This document shows, piece after piece, positions 10,208 to 19,968 of a stretch of 64,000 bases of DNA (within the stretch, counting starts at the first letter, position 1; every line of letters begins with the position of its first letter). The stretch covers positions 288,001-352,000 of the forward strand of contig OZ255726.1 of NCBI GenBank assembly GCA_965277405.1, in the 5' to 3' direction. Source of the stretch: Gammaproteobacteria bacterium (lineage in GTDB: Bacteria > Pseudomonadota > Gammaproteobacteria > G965277405). The position numbers and the translations under genes are program-made. The notes beneath the pieces are model-generated. The model was not told where the DNA came from. It worked only from the letters and a program-made list of their open reading frames with translations, and ran no database searches.

Positions 10208-10701
10208 GCAGAATCCTGCGCTGCATTATTAGTATTGGTTTGGCTTGGGCTGCAACTGTAATTCAAGCACAATTGTCTATTGAAGCGAATAGTGTTGTGT
10301 TTAATAATGGCGCTGCAGACATGGTGTATGAAGGCGATGTACGCGTGCGAGGAGAGCAAATCTCTGTTGACGCAGCAAAACTTATTTTGATCAATACAGC
10401 TAGGAATAATCGGCGCCTAACAGCCTTTGGCACAGCTGGTAGTGCTGCGCATATGTCAGTGCAACGCGCAGATGACGCTGGTAACACCACCAACATTATT
10501 GTGCGTGGACAGGCGATTGAGTATGTTGCAAAACCAAAAGATAGTTGGCTGCGGGTAACGGGGAATGGACGGATTCAAGTGGATAACAAGGTGATTGAGG
10601 CTGAGTCAATTTATTATTCTTTAACAACTAAAAAACTTGAAGCAAACAATAATTCAGCTCCGCGCAACAAGAAACGCGTCAAAATCTTTATATCCGATTA
10701 A
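10204..10701 (+). CDS. lptA: LPS transport periplasmic protein
   Basis: Signal peptide, IEAN, YEGDV, C-terminal RVKI; synteny. Confidence 0.8.
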   Translation: MSRILRCIISIGLAWAATVIQAQLSIEANSVVFNNGAADMVYEGDVRVRGEQISVDAAKLILINTARNNRRLTAFGTAGSAAHMSVQRADDAGNTTNIIVRGQAIEYVAKPKDSWLRVTGNGRIQVDNKVIEAESIYYSLTTKKLEANNNSAPRNKKRVKIFISD

Positions 10702-11420
10702 TGTTACAAGCACAAAATCTTTCCAAAAAATACGGTAAGCGCCAAGTTATTAAAGACATTTCTTTTGAGGTGCAGCGTGGTCAAGTGGTCGGGCTGCTAG
10801 GACCAAATGGTTCTGGTAAAACGACAACGTTTTATATGGTGGTTGGTCTTGTTGCTAGTAATAGCGGCACGATTACCCTCAATGGCGTCAACATCACCAA
10901 GCTACCAATCCATAAACGCGCTCAGTATGGGTTAAGTTATTTGCCACAGGAATTTTCGTTGTTTCGCAAAATGACAGTCAGTCAAAACATTTTATCAATT
11001 TTACAACTGCGAAAAGACTTGAATAGGCAGCAACAGCACCGAGAATTAGCTAAGCTGCTCGCGGATTTTCAAATTGAGTATATTCGTAATAATGGCGCAT
11101 TAAGCTTATCAGGCGGAGAACGGCGGCGGGTGGAAATCGCCAGAGCACTGGCAAGCAATCCGGATTTTGTACTCCTTGATGAACCATTTGCAGGCGTTGA
11201 CCCCGTTTCAGTTGCTGAGATTAACAACATTATTACCACGTTGCGCGAGCAAGGACTTGGTGTACTCATTACTGATCATAATGTCCGGGAAACGATGGCA
11301 ATTTGTCAATATATTTATGTTATAAATGATGGTCTGATTCTCGCAGCAGGTACTGCGACAGAACTTATTCAAAATCCTCAAGTACAAGCCGTATATCTAG
11401 GGGATGATTTTCATATGTAA
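10701..11420 (+). CDS. lptB: LPS export ABC ATPase
   Basis: GLLGPNGSGKTTTFYM, LSGGERRRVEIAR, DEPFAGVDP, ITDHNVRET. Confidence 0.97.
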   Translation: MLQAQNLSKKYGKRQVIKDISFEVQRGQVVGLLGPNGSGKTTTFYMVVGLVASNSGTITLNGVNITKLPIHKRAQYGLSYLPQEFSLFRKMTVSQNILSILQLRKDLNRQQQHRELAKLLADFQIEYIRNNGALSLSGGERRRVEIARALASNPDFVLLDEPFAGVDPVSVAEINNIITTLREQGLGVLITDHNVRETMAICQYIYVINDGLILAAGTATELIQNPQVQAVYLGDDFHM

Positions 11421-11428
11421 TATATATT

Positions 11429-11554
11429 GGAACTTCTGCAATAGCTGTGTTGCATCCTTCATCAAGTCGCATTGATAGCACCTATAGCATCATCCTTGCA
11501 AGCAACTGTGTTTTTCATCAAACTGGCTCCATCAGCGACTTAATAAGAGCTTCC
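11429..11554 (+). mobile_element. Internally deleted, degenerate MITE copy
   Basis: GCTGTGTTGCATCC internal segment; right end AAACTGGCTCCATCAGCGACTTAATAAGAGCTTCC followed by CTAA. Confidence 0.75.
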
Positions 11555-11581
11555 CTAAATAACATAATAAAGAAAACAACA

Positions 11582-12835
11582 ATGCAGCTTACTACATCGT
11601 TAACAATGACAACGCAATTGCATCAAGCAATTCAAGTGTTGCAGCTTTCTGTGAGCCAATTACCTGACTACCTGCGTCAAGCCAACAGCAAGAACCCTTT
11701 GTTGCTGTTGCATACAAGTATTACTACAAACTGCAATCAAGTTGCGGAGCAAGGCAATTGGTTTAATGATATTTGTGAACAAGTTGAGTTGTCAAAGTGG
11801 GATAGTAACAACAAGAATATTGCGTTAGCATTAATATATGAGTTAAATGAATATGGTTTTTTTGATGACTACCCCACCGCACAAACAAGGGTGCAGCGCA
11901 GCGTTGGAGCTACAGCACATGCTATCAATGCGGTCACTGAATTATTGCAGCATCTTGGAGGATCTGGTTTCGCTGCACGAGATAGCCAAGAACTGCTGTT
12001 ATTACAGCTGCAGGCAATGGAAATTGATAACGACACGCTGGCACAAATTGGCGAACTTATCCGCGACCATGTTGCTTTAATTGCAACGAATGATGTTGCA
12101 CAAATTGCTGATTTTTTTGCAGTCGATGTGGCGCAAGCGGCTGATTGGCTACGAAAACTACGTCGCTGCAGACCAATGCCCAAAACCGATGCTCACAGCG
12201 TGCAACCAAGAATTGTTGACGCGGTGGTCGACGCCAGGTTGATGATTGAATACCCAATGCTGGACACCACACTTGTTGATGTTGATGTTGATGAATTATC
12301 GCGACTACGGGCACAGTGTAGTAGCAAGGAAGAACGCAAACAACTGCAAAAGTATTTTGCTCAAGCTGCGATATTGCAATCAAGTTTGCAGGAGCGTAAG
12401 AAAACATTACAAGCGGTTGTGCAGCAAATAGTGCTACGCCAAAGTGATTTTTTTTCTAAAGGTGCGCGTGCCATGTCGCCGCTAACGTTGCGAGATATCG
12501 CTGATGGACTTTCAGTACATATTTCAACAATTTCGCGAACAGTCAGCAATAAATACCTATCATGCCCACAAGGCATCTTTGCTTTAAAGTATTTTTTTTC
12601 ATCCCACGTTGGTAACAGCAGGACATCATCGAGTGCTATCAAAGCCATAATTACCGACATGATTTGCACTGAATCGTCGTTAGCACCGTTGAGTGATAAC
12701 CAATTATCCACCATGCTGGCGCAACGAGGGATATCAATAGCCAGACGCACCATTGCAAAATATCGGCAATCGCTGTCGATACCAGCATTACGCCAACGCC
12801 AAAATCAAAGACATACCTATGGAAGCTATGAATAG
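11582..12835 (+). CDS. rpoN: RNA polymerase sigma-54 factor (ATG 11582; the longer ORF start lies in the MITE remnant)
   Basis: MT.QL.QAI.LLQL region I, PLTLRDIA..HISTISR HTH, RpoN box ARRTIAKYR. Confidence 0.92.
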   Translation: MQLTTSLTMTTQLHQAIQVLQLSVSQLPDYLRQANSKNPLLLLHTSITTNCNQVAEQGNWFNDICEQVELSKWDSNNKNIALALIYELNEYGFFDDYPTAQTRVQRSVGATAHAINAVTELLQHLGGSGFAARDSQELLLLQLQAMEIDNDTLAQIGELIRDHVALIATNDVAQIADFFAVDVAQAADWLRKLRRCRPMPKTDAHSVQPRIVDAVVDARLMIEYPMLDTTLVDVDVDELSRLRAQCSSKEERKQLQKYFAQAAILQSSLQERKKTLQAVVQQIVLRQSDFFSKGARAMSPLTLRDIADGLSVHISTISRTVSNKYLSCPQGIFALKYFFSSHVGNSRTSSSAIKAIITDMICTESSLAPLSDNQLSTMLAQRGISIARRTIAKYRQSLSIPALRQRQNQRHTYGSYE

Positions 12836-14276
12836 AGCAACAAAAATTATTGCAACGTGTGGACCAGCCACTGATAAACCCGCAGTCATTGAGCAGTTGC
12901 TGCAAGCTGGTGTTAACGTGTTTCGGTTAAATTTTTCTCATGGCAGCGCCACACAACACAGTGATCGTGCCCAGCACATCCGTGCAGTTGCCAAACAACA
13001 GCATCTGCACGTTGGTATTTTATGCGATTTACAAGGCCCAAAAATCCGCGTTGCACGGTTTAAACAAGGCAGCATCCAGTTAGCAGAAGGAGCAACTTTT
13101 TGTATCGATAGCCAATATGATTATGAAAATGGCAATGAAAAAATTGTTGGCTGTGATTTTAAAACGTTGCATACTGATTGTGCTGTTGGTGATATGTTGT
13201 TGCTTGATGATGGAAAAATTCAACTTAAAATCGTTGCTATTGATGGGACAAAACTGGCAACTCTTGTCAAAGTTGCGGGAAAATTATCAAATAACAAAGG
13301 GTTGAACAAAAAGGGAGGCGGTTTAAACGCAGCTGCAATTACTACAAAAGATCGCCGTGATATATTGAGCATCAAAGCAATCAATCCAGAGTTTTTAGCA
13401 TTATCGTTCGTAAGAAATGAGGATGATATTTTTGAGTTGCGCAAACTTGTAAAAGAAGCAGGGTTTGCCACAAGGATTGTCGCCAAGATTGAACGCAGCG
13501 AGGCTATCGCCAACAAAGCAGCGCTAGACGCAACAATTCTCGCAAGTGATGTCATCATGGTTGCTCGTGGCGATTTAGGCGTAGAAATAGGCGATGCCCG
13601 ACTCATCGGCATGCAAAAATATTTGATTCGGCGCACTATCGCCTTGAACCGCACTGTTATCACCGCGACGCAAATGATGGAAAGCATGATTGAAAATAAT
13701 ATTCCTACACGTGCAGAAGTATTTGACGTTGCCAATGCAATTTTAGATGGCACAGATGCGGTAATGCTCTCTGCAGAAACCGCTGCAGGCAACCATCCAG
13801 TGCTGGCAGTGCAGGCGATGAGCAAAATTTGCATTGGGGCAGAAGGCGAAGTGCAGCCCGAGGTGGCGATTCATAAAATCAGTGATAAATACTTCGACAA
13901 AGTTAATGAAGCAATTGCCTACGCATGCTTGCATACTGCATTACAAGTCAAGAATATTAAATTGATGGCGTGCTTTACTGAGTCTGGCAGCACTCCTTTT
14001 TCAGTATCTCGCGTGCGCGGTAATGTGCCGATATTAGCTTTATCACGCGATGATAAAATTTTATCCACCATGGCATTATGGCGTGGGGTAATGCCACAGT
14101 ATTTTGATATTACTCAATATAAACCCGCAAAAATACCTGGTGAAATTGTCCGTGTTGGTCGCTACCACCTACCAAACTTAACAGCAGGCGATCGTATTAT
14201 TATTACCCGCGGCGACAAAGCCGGAATCAGCGGCACCAATAGAATGCATTTATATGAAATCAAAGCAGGAGACTAA
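12828..14276 (+). CDS. pyk: Pyruvate kinase
   Basis: TKIIATCGPA, RLNFSHG, DLQGPKIR, MVARGDLGVE, ATQMMESM, DGTDAVMLSAET. Confidence 0.97.
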   Translation: MNRATKIIATCGPATDKPAVIEQLLQAGVNVFRLNFSHGSATQHSDRAQHIRAVAKQQHLHVGILCDLQGPKIRVARFKQGSIQLAEGATFCIDSQYDYENGNEKIVGCDFKTLHTDCAVGDMLLLDDGKIQLKIVAIDGTKLATLVKVAGKLSNNKGLNKKGGGLNAAAITTKDRRDILSIKAINPEFLALSFVRNEDDIFELRKLVKEAGFATRIVAKIERSEAIANKAALDATILASDVIMVARGDLGVEIGDARLIGMQKYLIRRTIALNRTVITATQMMESMIENNIPTRAEVFDVANAILDGTDAVMLSAETAAGNHPVLAVQAMSKICIGAEGEVQPEVAIHKISDKYFDKVNEAIAYACLHTALQVKNIKLMACFTESGSTPFSVSRVRGNVPILALSRDDKILSTMALWRGVMPQYFDITQYKPAKIPGEIVRVGRYHLPNLTAGDRIIITRGDKAGISGTNRMHLYEIKAGD

Positions 14277-14375
14277 CTTTGCAACGAATTCAAATTGAGA
14301 ACTGCGCTGTGCGCTTGTTGTATTGATGATATTCGCTATTGTGTGGCATTTGCTATCAGGAATCTCTGCTTAAGT

Positions 14376-15233
14376 ATGTACGGAGCTGTAGATATTGGCA
14401 CAAACGCCATGCGCTTGTTTTTTGGTGAAGTAAAAAAAGGTTCAATCTACAAGCACGCCATGGTGCGGATACCACTGCGTTTGGGCAGTGCTATTTATCA
14501 ATACGGGAGAATCACTCCTGAAAAACACGACATGATGAAATATGCATTGCTGGGTTTTGGCAATTTATGCCAAGCGCTTGGTGTTAGCCATACAGTTGTT
14601 TGCGCTACTTCAGCGATGCGAGAAAGTACTAACGGCAGTGAATCAACCAAGCAATTATTAGCTGAAACAGGGTTTGAGATTCGCACCTTGACCGGTATTG
14701 AAGAAGCGCAACTAACCCACCAATATCTTTTCGATGTGTATAAAGATAAGCTCAACGACCTAGTTATTTTTAATGATATTGGCGGAGGAAGCACTGAACT
14801 TGTCGCCTATGAACACGGCAGGCGTATTGCAACGCAGTCCTTTAAACTGGGTTCAGTGCGCGCACTATTTAATAAAATTGACAGCAATCAATGGCTGCAA
14901 CTTGAACAGTGGTGCACGGCATATGCATCAGGATTTCAAGTCGTTGCTACTGGTGGTACAGTCAATGCATTGGTTGCTCTGATTGGTAGCAATCATTGTC
15001 TTGGACACGCAGCAGTCGCAACGCTGCATGATACTATTCAAGGGTTAAGCGCAGCGCAAATACTTAAGCGCTGGCCAGTGCGTGAAGATAGAGCGGACGT
15101 GTTGGTGCATGCACTTGGTATATTACGCAAGTTATATGAGCATTTGCACGTTGATAATATGTGGGTGCCGCAGACAGGTTTGGTTGATGGATTAGTCTGG
15201 GATCTGCATCGCAGAGTGAGCGGTTGCATATAA
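14376..15233 (+). CDS. ppx: Ppx/GppA-family exopolyphosphatase (short form)
   Basis: VDIGTNAMR, ATSAMRE, EEA, DIGGGSTE, LGSVR, DRADV. Confidence 0.88.
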   Translation: MYGAVDIGTNAMRLFFGEVKKGSIYKHAMVRIPLRLGSAIYQYGRITPEKHDMMKYALLGFGNLCQALGVSHTVVCATSAMRESTNGSESTKQLLAETGFEIRTLTGIEEAQLTHQYLFDVYKDKLNDLVIFNDIGGGSTELVAYEHGRRIATQSFKLGSVRALFNKIDSNQWLQLEQWCTAYASGFQVVATGGTVNALVALIGSNHCLGHAAVATLHDTIQGLSAAQILKRWPVREDRADVLVHALGILRKLYEHLHVDNMWVPQTGLVDGLVWDLHRRVSGCI

Positions 15234-15264
15234 AAACATACGGTATAGCAATTATAAACACATA

Positions 15265-15315
15265 TATTGTGCGTTGCACAATAAACGCGCTTGCTTTTAT
15301 GTTGCAACGCACAAT
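15265..15315. promoter_or_regulatory. Probable PhaR-type operator sites upstream of the phasin gene
   Basis: Palindrome TATTGTGC-GTT-GCACAATA and a second TGCAACGCA; both fit the TGC-N3-GCA pattern. Confidence 0.55.
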
Positions 15316-15362
15316 AATACCGAGTCAGCAACCGCTTAAATTATTGTAAACGGAGAAATATA

Positions 15363-15656
15363 ATGGAGAACTTTAGCGAATACGCCAGTAAGTCAGTCAA
15401 ACTTGCAATAGCCGCAACAGCAATTAACAGCAAAGTTTGGACAGACATAGCTAGTAATAATATACAAACTGCGAATGAAATACTGGCAGATAGTGTTGCG
15501 CAAACAAATAAAATTCAAGATGTAACAACAGTGAATGGAGTTTATCAGCAGCAACTTGCTTACAACCAAGACGTTGCCAAGAAGTTGCGTACATTGGTAG
15601 ATACCAACGTTGCTATAGCGTCAAAAGCACAAAAATCTATCGCTGCACTGGTCTAA
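15363..15656 (+). CDS. phaP: Phasin-family PHA granule protein
   Basis: Small Ala/Gln/Asn-rich helical protein, GGAGA RBS, directly upstream of phaA. Confidence 0.65.
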   Translation: MENFSEYASKSVKLAIAATAINSKVWTDIASNNIQTANEILADSVAQTNKIQDVTTVNGVYQQQLAYNQDVAKKLRTLVDTNVAIASKAQKSIAALV

Positions 15657-15659
15657 AAT

Positions 15660-15977
15660 ATGAGTAAATTTAAAAAATCGGCTAATGATAACGCTGCATT
15701 AGCATTAGCAATCACAGCAATTAATACCAAAGCAGTGTTGGCTGTTGTCAACAACCAAGCAAAATCATGTAGTGCGTTATTAACCGGCGGCTTATAGCAA
15801 ATGAAGACCTGGCAAACGGCGCAGGATCCACAAAAAATTGTTGCTTCTCAAGTTGCTTTCGGCAAGGACTTAGAACTAAAGATGCGTGATTTAGTCAACA
15901 CAACCAGCAATTCTGTGCAAAACGCACAGCAACAAGTTATGGATTTGCTCAAGCCAAGTGCTGCTCCTAAGGAATAA
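15660..15977 (+). pseudogene. Second phasin paralog interrupted by an in-frame TAG at 15795-15797
   Basis: MSKFKKSANDNAALALAITAINTKA..GGL*QMKTWQTAQDPQKIVASQ..KMRDLV resembles the upstream phasin (LAIAATAINSK..KLRTLV). Confidence 0.7.
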
Positions 15978-16085
15978 CAACATTTGGGATTGTTCTTGGG
16001 TATCGGTACTCACAGCTAACAAAAATATTGTGTATTAACATAGCCACTCCCATTTTGCTTTTAAATGGATGCAACCAGGAAAATT

Positions 16086-17264
16086 ATGACTAACACGGTA
16101 ATTGTTGCCGCAAAACGCACCGCAATCGGCAATTTTCTTGGTGGTTTAAAAACTCTACCAGCGCATGAATTAGGAAGTGTGGTTATCAAGCAGCTGCTCT
16201 GCGATACCCAAATTGATCCGACCCTGATTGATGAAGTAATTATGGGGCAGATCCTGACTGCAGCAGCAGGTCAAAACCCTGCCAGGCAGGCGGCAATTAC
16301 GGCTGGAATAGGGATTCAGACGCCTGCTATTACTATCAACAAATTATGTGGCAGCGGCATGAAAGCAATTCATATGGCTGCACAAGCAATTATGTGCGGC
16401 GATGCAGATATAATCGTTGCCGGCGGACAGGAAAGCATGTCACAGGCGCCGCATGTGTTAACAGGCGGACGCAATGGTTGGCGCATGGGCGATGCGCAGT
16501 TACAAGATACCATGATTCTCGACGGGCTAACATGCGCTATCAACGGCTACCACATGGGCATAACTGCAGAAAACATAGCCAAACAGTTTACGATTAGCCG
16601 TGAGGCACAAGATGCATTTGCATTGGATTCACAACATACAGCTGCATGCGCCCAACGTGCTGGTAAATTTGCCAATGAAATAGTCCCGGTTTCAGTCCCA
16701 CAACGCGCCAACGACCCTATTATTGTCGACCAAGATGAAGGTATTCACCACGACTTAGAGATTGCATCCCTGGCAAAGATGCGCCCAGCGTTTGACCACG
16801 CAGGGAGTGTAACAGTTGGCAATGCATCAGGTATTAACGATGGCGCTGCAGCGGTAATCGTGATGAGTGAACACAAAGCTGCAGAACTCGGTTTAGCACC
16901 ATTGGCGCGGATTGTTGCATATGCAACAGCAGGTGTAGACCCTGCAATTATGGGCACAGGGCCAATTCCTGCAACCCGCACATGTTTAGCCCGTGCTGGC
17001 TGGCACTTGGCTGAGCTAGAGGTAATAGAAGCGAATGAAGCATTTGCAGCACAGGCAATTGCAGTCAACCAGCAGCTTGATTGGGATAGCAACATTGTCA
17101 ATGTCAACGGCGGAGCAATAGCACTTGGGCACCCTGTCGGGGCGTCAGGCGCAAGAATTGTCGCAACATTAATCCATGCAATGATTGATAGAAATGCTCA
17201 TAAAGGTTTAGCGACAATGTGCATTGGTGGCGGTCAAGGAATTGCCATCGCCATCCAAAGATAA
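16086..17264 (+). CDS. phaA: Acetyl-CoA acetyltransferase (beta-ketothiolase)
   Basis: GQNPARQA, INKLCGSG, NEAFAAQ, NGGAIALGHPVGASG, MCIGGGQG. Confidence 0.96.
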   Translation: MTNTVIVAAKRTAIGNFLGGLKTLPAHELGSVVIKQLLCDTQIDPTLIDEVIMGQILTAAAGQNPARQAAITAGIGIQTPAITINKLCGSGMKAIHMAAQAIMCGDADIIVAGGQESMSQAPHVLTGGRNGWRMGDAQLQDTMILDGLTCAINGYHMGITAENIAKQFTISREAQDAFALDSQHTAACAQRAGKFANEIVPVSVPQRANDPIIVDQDEGIHHDLEIASLAKMRPAFDHAGSVTVGNASGINDGAAAVIVMSEHKAAELGLAPLARIVAYATAGVDPAIMGTGPIPATRTCLARAGWHLAELEVIEANEAFAAQAIAVNQQLDWDSNIVNVNGGAIALGHPVGASGARIVATLIHAMIDRNAHKGLATMCIGGGQGIAIAIQR

Positions 17265-17272
17265 GCGGAAAT

Positions 17273-17367
17273 ATGCAACGAGTGGCGTTAGTCACGGGGG
17301 AAATTGCTGGCATCGGTACGGCTATCTGTCAGCAGTTAGCCGCAAAAAAAGTAACGGTGTCTGCAAA
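17273..17367 (+). pseudogene. phaB: Acetoacetyl-CoA reductase 5' remnant truncated by the MITE
   Basis: MQRVALVTGEIAGIGTAICQQLA is a PhaB-type Rossmann start; the rest of the gene is not found after the element. Confidence 0.8.
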
Positions 17368-17653
17368 GGAAGCTCTGATTAAGTCGCTGATGGAGCGAGT
17401 TTGATGGCAAGTGCTGATGATTGCAAGGCGCTAAGCGCATGCCATAGCATATACGCCAAGGGATGCAACGCAGCAAGTACCACTGCCGCAAACTCAAAGT
17501 ATATGCAACACAACGACGGGAAAAAAGCAGTACTAACGTCGTTGCTGCACTTGGCAACACCCACAAGACCACCAGTGTTATCTGCGCACTGCGTCTAGTT
17601 ATCATCAGCGTTTTTTCTCCTTCTCGCCCGTCATGGACTTAATCAGAGCTTCC
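17368..17653 (-). mobile_element. MITE-like element, full copy 2
   Basis: GGAAGCTCTGATTAA ... TTAATCAGAGCTTCC; flanks CAAA/TTAG are not duplicated. Confidence 0.9.
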
Positions 17654-17734
17654 TTAGATGGTATGCTGCTTTAATACCGCCTAGCGCCAGGCTGAACGAG
17701 CAGCATATTAGTATATTAACTATCGCTATAACTC

Positions 17735-18937
17735 ATGTTTAATCAAAATCCATTTTTCAATTCACCGTGGGGGCAGCATGGGGGACAGCCAGCAGACTGG
17801 GCGCAACAAGTAATGTCGCTGTGGCAGCAGGCACAGCAAATGTGGTCAAATCAATTATCGGTAATGCAAACGGTGCAAACCCTGTTTGAGCACATCGACA
17901 GCATGCCAGCTAGTGGCATTGATATGGCTAAAATCGAAAACCTTATTAAATCGATGATGACGACCTCATTGCATACTAATTTAGGGATACACGAGCAACA
18001 CTCACAAATTACTGCGTTGCTACTTTCTCTTGCTAAACAACAGTTTGCACAATGGCACGGCTGGATTGACCAACAACGCAGCGTGCCATTTGCTGGCGAC
18101 AGTCAAGCGGCCGAGGCTGTAAAGCTGCGTCAGCATTTCACGTTGTGGCTGCAAGTGCTGGAAACATCACAGGCACTTTCGCAACATATTGAGGAAATTG
18201 CCAATGCACGAATTGCTGTTGCATCAGCCAAATTGCATGAAGAATTACAGCGCATTGATAACCCGCAGCAATTGTTTGATCTGTTGGTGAGGTGTAGTCA
18301 AGAGCACCTGCAATTCATCGCAGCGTCACCAGAATATAGCCAAAGTTATGGTGAATGGGTGAATGCAATTACAGCGCTACGCATTGATCAACAAACATTC
18401 ATCGATGCAACAGTTGAAGCATTGGGACTACCATCAAAACGTGAAATGGATACCAATCATTCGCGGGTACACAATCACAGCAAACGCCTGCGGCATATGC
18501 AACAGCAAATAGCAGCAACTGAATCTGAGTTACTAGCCGTCAGCCAACACAGCAACGAGCTGGCAGCAAACCTCGCAATGACTAGCGCAAAACAGGCAGC
18601 GCAACAACAACAACTCGATGATATTGCTGCGGCAACAGTGCAGCACCAGGCATTAGCACAAAACATCAGCGCGCATTCACAACAACTTGCCGCTGACGAA
18701 CTAGCCGTTGCGGCGTTGCAGTTACAGGCAAAAATGCTAGAAAAAAGCAGCCAACAAGTCGAAAAAAAATTAACATGGATAATTGAGCAAACCACAGCGA
18801 CAACAGCATTAAGTGAGCAAATAAGCGCTTTGCTGGCAAGAATTCAAACAATTGAACAAAAAATATCAAGCAACGTGCCGCAACAACCAGCAACAGCCAA
18901 GCCAACCGCTAATAATCCTGGAGATAATAGATGCTAG
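17735..18937 (+). CDS. phaE: Class III PHA synthase subunit E with long C-terminal coiled coil
   Basis: SPEYSQSYGEWVNA, LGLPSKREMD motif; overlaps phaC. Confidence 0.85.
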   Translation: MFNQNPFFNSPWGQHGGQPADWAQQVMSLWQQAQQMWSNQLSVMQTVQTLFEHIDSMPASGIDMAKIENLIKSMMTTSLHTNLGIHEQHSQITALLLSLAKQQFAQWHGWIDQQRSVPFAGDSQAAEAVKLRQHFTLWLQVLETSQALSQHIEEIANARIAVASAKLHEELQRIDNPQQLFDLLVRCSQEHLQFIAASPEYSQSYGEWVNAITALRIDQQTFIDATVEALGLPSKREMDTNHSRVHNHSKRLRHMQQQIAATESELLAVSQHSNELAANLAMTSAKQAAQQQQLDDIAAATVQHQALAQNISAHSQQLAADELAVAALQLQAKMLEKSSQQVEKKLTWIIEQTTATTALSEQISALLARIQTIEQKISSNVPQQPATAKPTANNPGDNRC

Positions 18938-19965
18938 ACCAGTGGACTGCATGGTCGCAGCAAGCGCAAACCGCAGCCGCAGTATTGCAAGGCATTACCG
19001 ATATTGATGTTGGTAGCGCGCCAAAAAATCTGGTCTACCAACAAGATAAAATAAGGTTGTATCAATATTTGGCAACGGCAGCTAGCAAAAAAACGCGGCC
19101 TACGCTGATTGTGTATGCCTTGGTCAATAAGTACTACATAATGGATCTTGATGAAAATCATTCAATCATCCAACGCCTGCTAGCACACGGCGAAAACCTG
19201 TATTTAATAGATTGGGGCTACCCTGATCCAGCAGATCGCATGTTGGATTTTGATGATTATATCAACGGATATCTTGCGGACTGTGTGGCACAAGTTTGTC
19301 AACACACAGGGTTTGAGAGCATCAATATTTTAGGGGTTTGTCAGGGCGGCACCATCTCATTGTGCTATACGGCACTCCACCCTGCCACAATTGCCAATAT
19401 CATTACCATGGTTACCCCTGTTGATTTTAGCAAAGGCAACAATATATTGCGCCAACAAGCACAGCATATTGATGCACAGCAGGCCGTTGCTGCGCTTGGG
19501 AATATTAGCGGGAACATCCTCAATCAAACGTTTGCAACGTTCAATCCCATCACCATGAATGGAGTAAAACAATTGCAGGCCGTTGCTAAATTACAAACGG
19601 TTGCGAGCGCAATGTTTTTTTTGCGCATGGACAAATGGCTGCATGATAGTCCAGCTCAAACTGGCACCATGTTTCGTCAATTCATCATGGCGATGTATCA
19701 ACAGAACTTGCTGATACAAGGCAGGCTAACGATTGATAACGTCATTGTTGATTTAAGCAACATCAGCCAACCTGTATTAAACATTTACGGACACGCCGAT
19801 CGCATCGTCCCGCCCGCATCATCAACAGCATTGCAAACAGCCGTGAGTAGCAAAGACTATACCGAGGTCGGTTTTGCGGCGGGACATATTGGCATTTATG
19901 TCAGCCACAAGTGCTTACAAGCAGTGCCCGCAACCATTCATGAATGGTTGCATCAACACCAATAA
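18931..19965 (+). CDS. phaC: Class III PHA synthase catalytic subunit
   Basis: LIVYALVN, YLIDWGYP, lipase box GVCQGG, TPVDF, D.IVPP, GHIGIY. Confidence 0.95.
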   Translation: MLDQWTAWSQQAQTAAAVLQGITDIDVGSAPKNLVYQQDKIRLYQYLATAASKKTRPTLIVYALVNKYYIMDLDENHSIIQRLLAHGENLYLIDWGYPDPADRMLDFDDYINGYLADCVAQVCQHTGFESINILGVCQGGTISLCYTALHPATIANIITMVTPVDFSKGNNILRQQAQHIDAQQAVAALGNISGNILNQTFATFNPITMNGVKQLQAVAKLQTVASAMFFLRMDKWLHDSPAQTGTMFRQFIMAMYQQNLLIQGRLTIDNVIVDLSNISQPVLNIYGHADRIVPPASSTALQTAVSSKDYTEVGFAAGHIGIYVSHKCLQAVPATIHEWLHQHQ

Positions 19966-19968
19966 AAC

